A stretch of DNA of 64,000 nt, taken from Polyangiales bacterium (GTDB lineage: Bacteria > Myxococcota_A > Polyangia > Polyangiales > Polyangiaceae). The stretch covers positions 160,001 through 224,000 of the forward strand of contig JBBRLQ010000007.1 of the NCBI GenBank assembly GCA_038231275.1, written 5' to 3'. The translations under genes were made by a program, and so were the position numbers. Each line of letters opens with the position of its first letter. The stretch's first letter is position 1. The notes under the pieces were generated by a model. That model was not told where the DNA came from. It ran no database searches and saw only the letters and a list, made by a program, of their open reading frames with translations. This document shows, piece after piece, positions 35,957 through 45,092 of the stretch.

Positions 35957-37633
35957 ATGATTCGAATCCGCGTGGCTCTCGGGGTGGTTTTCGGACTGAC
36001 GATTGCCAGCGTCGGGGTCGGCTGCTCGTCCGCGGCGGGCAACTCGGATTCGTCCGACGAGGCCGTCTCGGCCGGCGAGCCGTCGTACATCGGCAAGGCC
36101 GTCCTCGCGCGGCTCGATGCGATGCATCCCAAGACGAAGGGGAAGGCCTGGAGCCTCTCGCGCGACAACACCTTCTCCGGTGACTTCGCCGTGCAGATCC
36201 CCGCCAAGTCGACCTGGGGCGAGGCCGAGATCACCATCGCGCCGATGTGCACCAAGGACGACGCCGGATGCGATCCCGACTTCCTCCTGACGATGTGCTC
36301 GACGGACGCCGACTGCGTGGCCGGTGGGCGATGCACGACGCTCAAGGCGACGATCGCGCATCGCGGTGACTCGGCGCGCGGGCTCTGTGCTGGCGACGCC
36401 GACACGGTGATCGACGCGGTGTGGAACGGCATCGCGATGGCGACGCAGACGGTGGACGTCTCCAGCCTGACTCCGCCCGATGGCCGCTACGAGGCCGCGG
36501 TGCGCAACGCCGTCACCTACGCGAGCGAAGCCCAGCCTCCGCCGCGCGTGCGCATGCTCTTCGGCGACTACCCCGGCGCGTTCACCTCTGCGAAAAAGAC
36601 GCTCGCCAGCCTCACGCGCGACGTCGCCGACGGCTCGGGCCTCGTCATGTCGGTCGGCACGTACCGCTCGGGCGTGACGTCGTGGAACCACTCGAAGATC
36701 ATCAGCCGCGACGGCAATTTCGCCGTGATGGGCGGCGCGAACATGTGGGACTCGCACTACCTCCGCAAGAACCCCGTCCACGACATCTGGATCACCGAAA
36801 ACGGCGGGGCCGCGGCGGACGCGGCGCGCTACCTCGACGAGCTCTGGGCGTACGCGTGCGGGAAGTCGGGCATCATGGACATGACGGCCGTGGCGTCGCG
36901 CGGCATCGAGGGCTGCCAACAGCCGTTCGCCGCCGAGCCCGCCGCCGCTGCTCACGGACCGGGCAACACGCCGGTCATCTCGATCGGCCGACTCGGTACG
37001 CTCGGTGAGGAGCCGAGCGACGACGCGATCCTCGCGATGATCGACAGCGCAAAGACGTCGATCCGCATGTCGCAGCAGGACATTGGTCCCATCCGCCGCG
37101 CCGGCGTGTCGCTCGGCGCGTGGCCCGAGGCGACGGTCGCCGCGCTCATCCGCGCGATGGATCGCGGCGTCAAGGTGAGCCTCATCCTATCGAACACCGG
37201 CGCTGTGCCCGGCGACATGAACGCGATCGAGGCGACCTTCAACACCTACGACAACGGCTGGACGCCGAAGGGCGTGCTCGAGAAGTTCGCGAGCGTCGCG
37301 GCGGCGCACCCGGACCTGCATCCGAAGGTGGCGAGCGCGTCGGCGCTCATCTGCAACTCGTTCACACTGATGCGCCTTCGCTCGAGCGACTCCGAGACGT
37401 GGCCCAGCGGAGGGACGCTCGCCAACCACGCAAAGATCGTCGTCGTCGACGACCGCGCCTTCTATGTCGGCTCGCAGAACCTGTACGTCGCCAACCTGGC
37501 CGAGTTCGGCGCCATCGTCGACGACGCCGCCGCGACGAAGCTGTTCCTCGCGAACTACTTGGACCTGGCCGAGAAGTACTCCAAGCGAACCGCCGCGAGC
37601 GGTGCGGGCGTCGCGTGCGAGCTCACTCGGTGA
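35957..37633 (+). CDS. Phospholipase D family lipoprotein (two HKD motifs)
   Basis: Lipobox GVGC; NHSKIISRDG..GGAN and NHAKIVVVDD..YVGSQN motifs; SQQD. Confidence 0.9.
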   Translation: MIRIRVALGVVFGLTIASVGVGCSSAAGNSDSSDEAVSAGEPSYIGKAVLARLDAMHPKTKGKAWSLSRDNTFSGDFAVQIPAKSTWGEAEITIAPMCTKDDAGCDPDFLLTMCSTDADCVAGGRCTTLKATIAHRGDSARGLCAGDADTVIDAVWNGIAMATQTVDVSSLTPPDGRYEAAVRNAVTYASEAQPPPRVRMLFGDYPGAFTSAKKTLASLTRDVADGSGLVMSVGTYRSGVTSWNHSKIISRDGNFAVMGGANMWDSHYLRKNPVHDIWITENGGAAADAARYLDELWAYACGKSGIMDMTAVASRGIEGCQQPFAAEPAAAAHGPGNTPVISIGRLGTLGEEPSDDAILAMIDSAKTSIRMSQQDIGPIRRAGVSLGAWPEATVAALIRAMDRGVKVSLILSNTGAVPGDMNAIEATFNTYDNGWTPKGVLEKFASVAAAHPDLHPKVASASALICNSFTLMRLRSSDSETWPSGGTLANHAKIVVVDDRAFYVGSQNLYVANLAEFGAIVDDAAATKLFLANYLDLAEKYSKRTAASGAGVACELTR

Positions 37634-37698
37634 GAAGACTCGGCTTCAACGGCCAGACGGTGGAGATCGTTCTCCGAGTCGGAGGCGGCGGCGGGGTT

Positions 37699-38403
37699 TT
37701 ATAGGCTGTAGCAGTGGACCGTGACGTTGCCGCTGATCTGATCGCACGAGACGGGCTTGCACGTCCCGGCGGTGGCGATCGCGTTCACTTCGCACGTGCA
37801 GCTGTAGTCACCGGCGCAGGCGCCGGGGTTCGGCAGGCACTCGTAGGGCCCGGTCTGGCCGCCGCTGGCGGTGGCGACGTCGAGGCACACGTCGCCCGAG
37901 ACGCAGCTCTTGTCGCCGCACGCGAACCGGGTCGCTCCCGCATCGGTCGCGCACGCGGTGGTGCAGGTCCACTTTCCGCTGCCGGGATCGCATTGCGCTG
38001 AGCACTTGCAGTTGACAGGGCACGCGCAGGGAGGGGGCGGTCCGTTGCAGAATGGGGGCGGCGGACAGGGCGGGATCGGAGGGCACCTGAACACGCCGCG
38101 CACGCACACCTCGGGCACGAGGCCGCCGGTGCACCCGCCGGGACAGATCGACGGCCCCTGTTGGCCCTCGACGCACGCGCCTCCCGAGCTCGAGCCGCCC
38201 GAGGACGAGCTCGACGAGCTGGAGCCCGACGAGCTGGAGCCCGATGAGGAGGAGCCGCCCGAGGAGCCGGAGGACGATCCGGAAGACCCGGAGCTCGAGC
38301 CGCCGCTCGACGACGATCCTCCCGGCAAGACGACGCTCCCTCCGCACGCGGCGATGAGGAGGGTCGCGGCGGCGGTGGCGAGTCGGGCGCGCGGCGTGGA
38401 CAT
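37699..38403 (-). CDS. Cys-rich lipoprotein with Ser/Gly linker
   Basis: Lipobox IAAC; poly-SG linker; many Cys. Confidence 0.75.
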   Translation of the reverse strand: MSTPRARLATAAATLLIAACGGSVVLPGGSSSSGGSSSGSSGSSSGSSGGSSSSGSSSSGSSSSSSSSGGSSSGGACVEGQQGPSICPGGCTGGLVPEVCVRGVFRCPPIPPCPPPPFCNGPPPPCACPVNCKCSAQCDPGSGKWTCTTACATDAGATRFACGDKSCVSGDVCLDVATASGGQTGPYECLPNPGACAGDYSCTCEVNAIATAGTCKPVSCDQISGNVTVHCYSL

Positions 38404-38577
38404 GCTGAAAACGTAGCACGCGCAGCCCCGCCCTCTATGCGCTGGCCCTCACCGACGCCGTTCTTTTGATCGCCAAAAAAAAGAAACGACCCGATGTTCA
38501 CAAACGGGGCGGAGCGGCACCTACCTCCACGGCAGCCGGGGTTGGGCGCAGCCGAGCCATTCAGACGAGGAGTCATG

Positions 38578-41500
38578 ATGAAGGACCGGGGAATCGTTTC
38601 GGCAGCGGGCACGGGCGGGGTCGGGGTCGGGGCGTCGATGGAGCAGCGAGGGCGCACCGTCAGCCCTAGGTACATCACGCCGTGGCTCTGCCTCGCGGCC
38701 GTGCTCGGCGGCTGCACCTCCACGGCGCCTCCCGACGACAGCGGCCACGTCGGCGCGACGGCCGAAGCCCTGACCAGCTCCGTCACTTACCGGCGCGGCG
38801 TGCTCGGCACGGTCACGGACACCTTCATCAGCGCGTCCGAGATGGGCAAGGGCTTCGGCGCTCAGGAGAAGCTGCGCGTGAGCGCGAAGAACGAAGCGCT
38901 CCTGCGCTTCGACCTCTCCGCGATCCCGTCCAGTGCCGTAATCAACAGCGCCACCCTCTCGCTTTACCTCAACGGCGGTGACGACGAGCAGGACGACGAC
39001 TGCGACGAGGGAAGCCGAGAGGGCTTCCCGGTCGTGCCGATCAAAATCCACCGCGCCACGGCCGCCTGGGGCGAGAGCACCGCCACGTTCTCGAGCTTCA
39101 ATCAGCAGTTCGACCCGACCGTCGCGGGAACCGTTCTGCCGACGAGCGCCAACGTCTTCAAGTCGGTCGACCTCAAGACGCTCGTGCAGCAGTGGGTGGG
39201 CGGCGCGCCGAACTACGGAATGCTCATCCGCACGACGGGCAGGCGGCACACCATCTTCGTCAGCAGCGAGGGCGGCAAGGTATCTCTACGTCCGTCGCTC
39301 ACGATCAGTTACACGACGCCCGATGACCACTGCGCGCCGAACCCGTGCGCGAACGCAGGCAAGTGCCAGAACAGCGCGAACGGCTTCACGTGCACATGCG
39401 CGACGGGGTACGCAGGCCCGACGTGCCAGACGCTCGTCGACAACTGCGCAGGCAGCCCCTGCATGAACGGCGGCACCTGCACGAACGGCGTCGACAGCTA
39501 TACCTGCAGCTGCGCGTCGGGCTACACCGGCACCAACTGCCAGACCAACATCAACGAGTGCGCGCCGAACCCCTGCCAGAACGGCGGAGTCTGCACCGAC
39601 GGCGTCAACAGCCACACCTGCGCGTGCGCTCCCGGCTACACCGGCGCGAACTGCGAGACACTCGTCAACAACTGCGCGAGCAGCCCCTGCCAGAACGGCG
39701 GCACCTGCACGAGCGGCGTCAACACGTACACGTGCTCGTGCCCCGCCGGGTACACGGGCGCCAACTGCGAGGCGCTCGTCGACAACTGCGCGCCGAATCC
39801 TTGCCAGAGCGGCGGCACGTGCGCGAACGGGGTGAACAGCTACACGTGCAACTGCGCGCCAGGCTACGCGGGCGCGACGTGCGGGACGCTGGTGGACAAC
39901 TGCGCGAGCGGGCCCTGCCAGAACGGTGGCTCATGCACCAACGGCGTTGGTACGTACGCGTGCGCGTGCGCGCCGGGGTACTCGGGTGCGAACTGCGAGG
40001 TCGACATCAACGACTGCGCCGCGCAGCCGTGCGGGAACGGCGGCGTCTGCGTCGACGGCATCAACAGCTTCTCATGCATCTGCGCCCCCGGCTTCACCGG
40101 CGCAACCTGCGCGGTCAACATCGACGACTGCGCGGGCGCCCCGTGTCACCACGGTGGCACGTGCAGCGACGGGATCGCGTCGTTTGCGTGCGCGTGCAGC
40201 GCGGCGTGGACGGGTCCGACCTGCGACGTCGCGGTCGATGCGTGTGCGGCTCAACCATGCTTGCGTGGTGGCACCTGCACGGCCGGCAACCCCGGAGAGT
40301 TCTCCTGCGCGTGTCCGCCCAACTTCGGCGGCGCGCGCTGCGAAATCGACGCGTCGCAAGGGCTGGCGGTCACGGTGCCGGCCGTTCCCGCCAACACGAC
40401 CATCCCGCATACGATTCTTGCCGGCGTCGCGACGACCCTGAAGGGCCGTGCGCTAGGCCCCGCCACGCAGTTCTCCTGGGATTTTGGCGATGGCTCCGGC
40501 GGCACCGGCTGGGCAACCATCGCCGACGCGGCGAGCCTCGACGTCAAACACACCTACCAGGGCCCCGCGGGATACCGCTTTTTTGCCACGCTGTCTGTCC
40601 GGCTGTCGGCGTTCTCCGCCCCGCAGAGCGCGGTCTATCCGCTGATGGTCGCAGATCCGGCGAGCTCTCCCGATCCGCGGACGGCCATCGCGATCGATGA
40701 GGGCTTGTGGTTTTTGCACAAGCGTCTTGGACGTAGCAGCACCCCTTCCGGGATCGCCCTCGGGAGCGAAGGAGGGGGAGACTGCCAATCTCTTGCAGCA
40801 TTCGAGCGTCATGGGTCGAGCGTCACGGGATCGATTTACTCGGATCCGTACAGCGACGACGCTCAGCGCCTTCTCGCCAATGTCTCGCTTCAAATTCATG
40901 ACGTCCACGGCAACGGACGCCTCATGCTCGAGAGTTTCTCCGGGTCTTCCGAAAATCTCGGCGCGTGCGGCGACGCGCTCTTGGCGGTGCCCCGCTCCTA
41001 TGTCATGCCTGCTGGTGCCGCCGTCGGGCGCACGCTAGGCGATCTCACTCAGGGGTTCGCCGACGGCGTCGTGCTCGAACAGTTTCCTGACGGCAGCTGG
41101 GTTCACGATCCCTTCGCAACCTACGGCGCCACGCGCTGGTTGGACAACATCCAACGCCTCGGCGCTGTCGTGCCAGCACGAGTCTGGTCCGCAGCGAACG
41201 ACTGGTGGTCATCGGGAGGGGCCGTGTATACGCAGTGCTCAGCGACGCCCTCGACTCTGGACTTGGGTTGGGACTTCGTCTTCAACTCGCAGAGGTTGTA
41301 CGACGCGCTGCTCGCGGGGACCCCTGCGAGCGCTGCATTGATCCAGGGCGGCTACGGCTTCCTTGACGCTCACTGGTCCGATGCACTGTTTGGCTGTGCG
41401 GTCACCGAGGAGGCCGCTGTACTCGCGCTCGAGGCGAGCAATACCACCCAGCTCGCTCCGAATGCCTGCGACGGAACGGCGACCGGACTGGGCTTCGACT

Positions 41501-41661
41501 GGTACGCCGATCCGAGCAGGGGTCTGGCGCACGTGCTTGCGGCGCGCCAGCGCCCTGACGGGAGTTGGGTAGACCTCGACGATGCAGGTCACGCGTGCTT
41601 CAACTTCGCGGGAATTGGCGGCGCGACCGCCATCACCGTGTCGTTGCTGATTGGCCGATAG
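38578..41661 (+). CDS. Large lipoprotein: DNRLRE-like domain, nine EGF-like repeats, PKD-like domain, terpene-cyclase/prenyltransferase-like helical C-terminus
   Basis: GAGGAG RBS (alternative start 38638); lipobox LGGC; LLRFDLSAIP..INSATLSLY; 9x 38-aa six-Cys repeats; FSWDFGDGS; Q.PDGSW twice. Confidence 0.85.
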   Translation: MKDRGIVSAAGTGGVGVGASMEQRGRTVSPRYITPWLCLAAVLGGCTSTAPPDDSGHVGATAEALTSSVTYRRGVLGTVTDTFISASEMGKGFGAQEKLRVSAKNEALLRFDLSAIPSSAVINSATLSLYLNGGDDEQDDDCDEGSREGFPVVPIKIHRATAAWGESTATFSSFNQQFDPTVAGTVLPTSANVFKSVDLKTLVQQWVGGAPNYGMLIRTTGRRHTIFVSSEGGKVSLRPSLTISYTTPDDHCAPNPCANAGKCQNSANGFTCTCATGYAGPTCQTLVDNCAGSPCMNGGTCTNGVDSYTCSCASGYTGTNCQTNINECAPNPCQNGGVCTDGVNSHTCACAPGYTGANCETLVNNCASSPCQNGGTCTSGVNTYTCSCPAGYTGANCEALVDNCAPNPCQSGGTCANGVNSYTCNCAPGYAGATCGTLVDNCASGPCQNGGSCTNGVGTYACACAPGYSGANCEVDINDCAAQPCGNGGVCVDGINSFSCICAPGFTGATCAVNIDDCAGAPCHHGGTCSDGIASFACACSAAWTGPTCDVAVDACAAQPCLRGGTCTAGNPGEFSCACPPNFGGARCEIDASQGLAVTVPAVPANTTIPHTILAGVATTLKGRALGPATQFSWDFGDGSGGTGWATIADAASLDVKHTYQGPAGYRFFATLSVRLSAFSAPQSAVYPLMVADPASSPDPRTAIAIDEGLWFLHKRLGRSSTPSGIALGSEGGGDCQSLAAFERHGSSVTGSIYSDPYSDDAQRLLANVSLQIHDVHGNGRLMLESFSGSSENLGACGDALLAVPRSYVMPAGAAVGRTLGDLTQGFADGVVLEQFPDGSWVHDPFATYGATRWLDNIQRLGAVVPARVWSAANDWWSSGGAVYTQCSATPSTLDLGWDFVFNSQRLYDALLAGTPASAALIQGGYGFLDAHWSDALFGCAVTEEAAVLALEASNTTQLAPNACDGTATGLGFDWYADPSRGLAHVLAARQRPDGSWVDLDDAGHACFNFAGIGGATAITVSLLIGR
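39322..40347 (+). repeat. Nine ~114-bp tandem repeats encoding EGF-like modules
   Basis: Unit e.g. INECAPNPCQNGGVCTDGVNSHTCACAPGYTGANCE. Confidence 0.92.
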
Positions 41662-41766
41662 GGTTTCCGCAGAGGGCGTTCTCGACGACGTGGCCGACGA
41701 CCGGCTAGAGTCGGGGCATGCGCCCCGGCGTTCCGACCAACGTAGCGCCGGTCGGCGGCTGACGGC

Positions 41767-43146
41767 GTGCCGGCGTCACGAGCTGCACGCAGATGGGCCG
41801 CGGCGCTCCTCGCGGCCACCTCCGCAGCGTGCGCGACGGTGCTCGGGATCGACACCGTCAGCTACGAGTCCGCCGTCGACGGCGGCGACGACGCGAAGGC
41901 GCCCCTCGAGAGCGGGCCGTCGGACGGCGCAACGACGCCGGACGCTGACGCGAGCGACGTCGACGCGAGCGCCACGGTCACCTACTTCGACTTCAACGCC
42001 GCCAACGTCGAGACCTTCGAGGCCCGCGGTGCCGGCGTCATCGCGCCGGGCGCCGGCTACTACGGCGGCGCGTCGAACGACGCTTACGTGTATTACGCAC
42101 CTTTCTCGACGGCGCTCCCCGACGGTGGCCGCATCTACAACGACGCGGTCGTCCGCTACGATCGGCGGGGCGCGTTCGGCGATCCCGCGTCATGGAGCGT
42201 CTTCCACTTGCAGGTGAAGGAGTCACGCGCCACCGGGTACATCGGTGCCATCGCCGCGCGTGGGAGCGTCGTCTTCTGCCCGTTCGCGCCCGGATCCACC
42301 GGCTACGTCGCGATCCACGACGCCACCGGCGCGTTCACCGACGCGGCCGCGTGGTCGATCGACGACGCGGTCGCGATCTTCGGGGCCAGCGCGTCCGGGT
42401 TCCGGGGGGGCGCTTCGGACGGCACGAACGCGTACCTTGCCGGTCTCGCAGGCAACGTACTCCGCATCGATGCGGACGGCGGCGCGCGGCTCTTTTCCCT
42501 TTCGACGATCGACGCGGGGGCCGTGACCCCGTTCGGTGCGGTGTTCGACGGACGCTACGTCACGCTGGTGCCCGAGCACGCGGCGGGAAATCTGGCGAGC
42601 TCCGCAGTGCGCTTCGACACGACGAGAGACTTCGCCAGCGCGACGGCGTGGGACCAAGGCCAGCCGACGACGAACGGGCGCAACCTCCACTTCGAGAGCG
42701 GCGGCTTCGACGGCGCCTTCGTCTACTTCGCGTCGTTCGCCGAGTTCGCGCCCGACGGCGGGCGCTTGCCTGTACCCGGCGTCGTCACCCGCATCGCGCG
42801 AGCGGGGCCGCTCGACGACGCAGGAGCGTGGGAGAGCGTGGATCTCGCTTCGTTCGACGACTCGTGGCGAGGATGGTTTTCGATTGTCCACGACGGACGC
42901 TACGTCTACTTCGGCGGAACGTCTCGCGCGACCCTCCTCCGCTACGACACGATGAAGCCGTTCACCGAACGCGGGTCGTGGGAGCGGCTCGACATCGCGA
43001 CTCTCCTGGGGCTCTCGGGCCCGTTCGCGGGCCTCGTCTTCGACGGAGAATACGTCTACCTGGTGCCCGGCGAGGGCTCACGCTTCCTTCGTTTCCACGC
43101 GCGAGCTCCGCGCGCCGCGGTGAGCGCTACCACCGCGGCTCCCTGA
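41767..43146 (+). CDS. Lipoprotein with FDG[R/E]YVY-type beta-propeller repeats
   Basis: Lipobox SAAC; repeats AVFDGRYVTLVP, GFDGAFVYFA, VHDGRYVYFG and VFDGEYVYLVP; RYD..F....W. Confidence 0.78.
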   Translation: MPASRAARRWAAALLAATSAACATVLGIDTVSYESAVDGGDDAKAPLESGPSDGATTPDADASDVDASATVTYFDFNAANVETFEARGAGVIAPGAGYYGGASNDAYVYYAPFSTALPDGGRIYNDAVVRYDRRGAFGDPASWSVFHLQVKESRATGYIGAIAARGSVVFCPFAPGSTGYVAIHDATGAFTDAAAWSIDDAVAIFGASASGFRGGASDGTNAYLAGLAGNVLRIDADGGARLFSLSTIDAGAVTPFGAVFDGRYVTLVPEHAAGNLASSAVRFDTTRDFASATAWDQGQPTTNGRNLHFESGGFDGAFVYFASFAEFAPDGGRLPVPGVVTRIARAGPLDDAGAWESVDLASFDDSWRGWFSIVHDGRYVYFGGTSRATLLRYDTMKPFTERGSWERLDIATLLGLSGPFAGLVFDGEYVYLVPGEGSRFLRFHARAPRAAVSATTAAP

Positions 43147-43185
43147 GGCGAGAGTCCCCGCTCGATGCGTCGAATTTCCGACCCG

Positions 43186-43542
43186 TCACTCGTGAGTGGG
43201 AACCTTCGCGTGAGCCTTGGCCGGCTTCTCCTTGGGAAGCTCGATCTTCGGCTTCTTCGCCTTCCCGCCCTTCGCAGGCGCGGGCGCCTTGTAGAGGAGG
43301 AACGTCCGGCCGATCACCTGCGCGAGGATCGCGTGCGTCTCCTTCGCGAGCGCTGCGGCGGCCTCTTTGCGATCGAGCGGCGCTTCGGTGGCGACGCGGA
43401 CTTTGATGAGCTCGTGTGCGACGAGTTGCACGAGGGTCTGCTGAACGAGCGCGGGCGTGATGCCGGCCTTTCCGATCTGCACGACCGGATCGAGCGAGTG
43501 TCCGAGGGCGCGCAGGTGGGAGATGGCTTTCTTCGAGATCAT
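43186..43542 (-). CDS. yhbY: YhbY/CRM-domain RNA-binding protein
   Basis: HLRALGHSLDPVVQIGKAG, HELIKVRV and QVIGRTFLLY motifs; ATGA overlap with upstream gene. Confidence 0.92.
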   Translation of the reverse strand: MISKKAISHLRALGHSLDPVVQIGKAGITPALVQQTLVQLVAHELIKVRVATEAPLDRKEAAAALAKETHAILAQVIGRTFLLYKAPAPAKGGKAKKPKIELPKEKPAKAHAKVPTHE

Positions 43543-45092
43543 TTCTGCTCCGATGCGAGGGTCCGAATGGACGCGAACTGCTTCTCTGGATCGACCACCG
43601 TGACCTCGCCGAAGCGCGCGAGCGCGGGGCCGATCGCATCGGCGTCTCCCGCGACGACGATGAGACCGGTATCGGGCTGGTACAGCTTTGCGGCGGCTGC
43701 GGACGCGGCGCTCGGCGAGGTCGCGCGGACGGCGGCGCGGTACGTGTCCCAGTACTCGTAGGGGAGGCCGAGGCCTGCGAGCTCGGCGGTCATGTTGGCG
43801 ATGGCGCCCACGGTCTCCATGCGGATCGCGAAGACGTCGCTCAGGTAGCGGCGCGCGGCCTCGGTCTCGTGCTCGGTGACGCCGGACGCGACGACGCGCT
43901 GCTCGTTCTCGAGGAGGCCGGTCACCGCGTCGGCGGTCTTCTCGGTCTGCGTGCCGGCGTACGCGAGGACGGGCTGAGGGCCGTGCGCGAGCTCGACGAC
44001 GCGCGAGTAGGCGGAGTAGGCGAGGGAGCGCTGCTCGCGGACGTCGGCGAAGAGGCGCCCGGCCATCCCGCCGCCGAGCACGTGGTTGCAGACGCGCGTC
44101 TCGGCCCACGTGGACGCGTCGCGCGCGGGGCCGAGGCCGACCACGAACACGTCGCTCTGCGCGCTCTTCGGCCGGTGCGCGATGATCACGCGGCGCTTGG
44201 CGGCGGCTGCTTTGGTCGGGAAATCGAGCTTGGGAGGCGCGTCGCCGGCCATGGCGCCGAATGCCTTCTCGACCTGCGCGGCCGCGGCGTCGCCGTCCAC
44301 ATCGCCGGCCACGACGACGGTGACGTTCTTGGGGACGTAGAAGTGCTTGTGGAAGTCACGGACGGCGGCCGGGCCGATGCGCGCGATGTCCGACGGGAGC
44401 GCGCCGTACGTGGCGTAGGGCGAGCCCTCCGCGTAGAGCTCGTGGAAGAGGACGTGCATCGCGGTGAACTGACCGCTCGAGCGCAGCTGATCCTCCGCCT
44501 CGTCGCTCGCGCGCGCCTTGAGCTTGCCGAGCTCCGTGTCGTCGAAGCGCGGCGACTGCACGACCTCGGCGACGATCGCGAGCGCCTCGGCGAAATGCGT
44601 GCGCGTCACGCCGGTCGCGATCGTGGTCGTGTCGAGATCGACGTCGACGGACAAGTCCGCGCCGAGGCCCTCGATCCTTCGCAAGAGCTCTGCGCTCGTC
44701 ATCGAGCGCGTGCCGCCGGCCTTCAGCATCTCGCCGGTGAGCTCGGCGAGGCCCGGCTGCTTGGGCGCGTACCCCATTCCTGCGCGCACGACGACGCGGA
44801 GCTGCACGATCGGCAGCGCGTGCGCTTCGACGATCGCGACGGAGAGCCCATTTTTCAGCGTCCGCGCGCGAACGGCGGGGAACGGCGACGGACGCGCCTC
44901 GCGGGACGCCGGAGGACGCTCGCGGCCGGACGACGAATTGGTCGGCTCCTTTCCGTCCGGCGCGTAGGTCGTGAGATCGGCGTGCGCGGGGCCCTTCGAC
45001 GCCGTGACCGTGTCGCCGCACGCCGGGACGAGGGCGAGCGCGCCGAGGAGGGCGAGCGCGCCGACGAGGGAGACGTTCGGGAGGGAGCTCAT
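43539..45092 (-). CDS. M16B peptidase, non-catalytic subunit (lipoprotein)
   Basis: M16 fold without HxxEH; VREQRSLAY R/Y pair; lipobox VPAC. Confidence 0.88.
   Translation of the reverse strand: MSSLPNVSLVGALALLGALALVPACGDTVTASKGPAHADLTTYAPDGKEPTNSSSGRERPPASREARPSPFPAVRARTLKNGLSVAIVEAHALPIVQLRVVVRAGMGYAPKQPGLAELTGEMLKAGGTRSMTSAELLRRIEGLGADLSVDVDLDTTTIATGVTRTHFAEALAIVAEVVQSPRFDDTELGKLKARASDEAEDQLRSSGQFTAMHVLFHELYAEGSPYATYGALPSDIARIGPAAVRDFHKHFYVPKNVTVVVAGDVDGDAAAAQVEKAFGAMAGDAPPKLDFPTKAAAAKRRVIIAHRPKSAQSDVFVVGLGPARDASTWAETRVCNHVLGGGMAGRLFADVREQRSLAYSAYSRVVELAHGPQPVLAYAGTQTEKTADAVTGLLENEQRVVASGVTEHETEAARRYLSDVFAIRMETVGAIANMTAELAGLGLPYEYWDTYRAAVRATSPSAASAAAAKLYQPDTGLIVVAGDADAIGPALARFGEVTVVDPEKQFASIRTLASEQK

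Noticed and set aside
39322..40347. CRISPR-like periodicity (also 63621-63915 and 14881-14985)
   Set aside because: Repeats are in-frame, degenerate at third codon positions, have no unique spacers, and no cas genes are present
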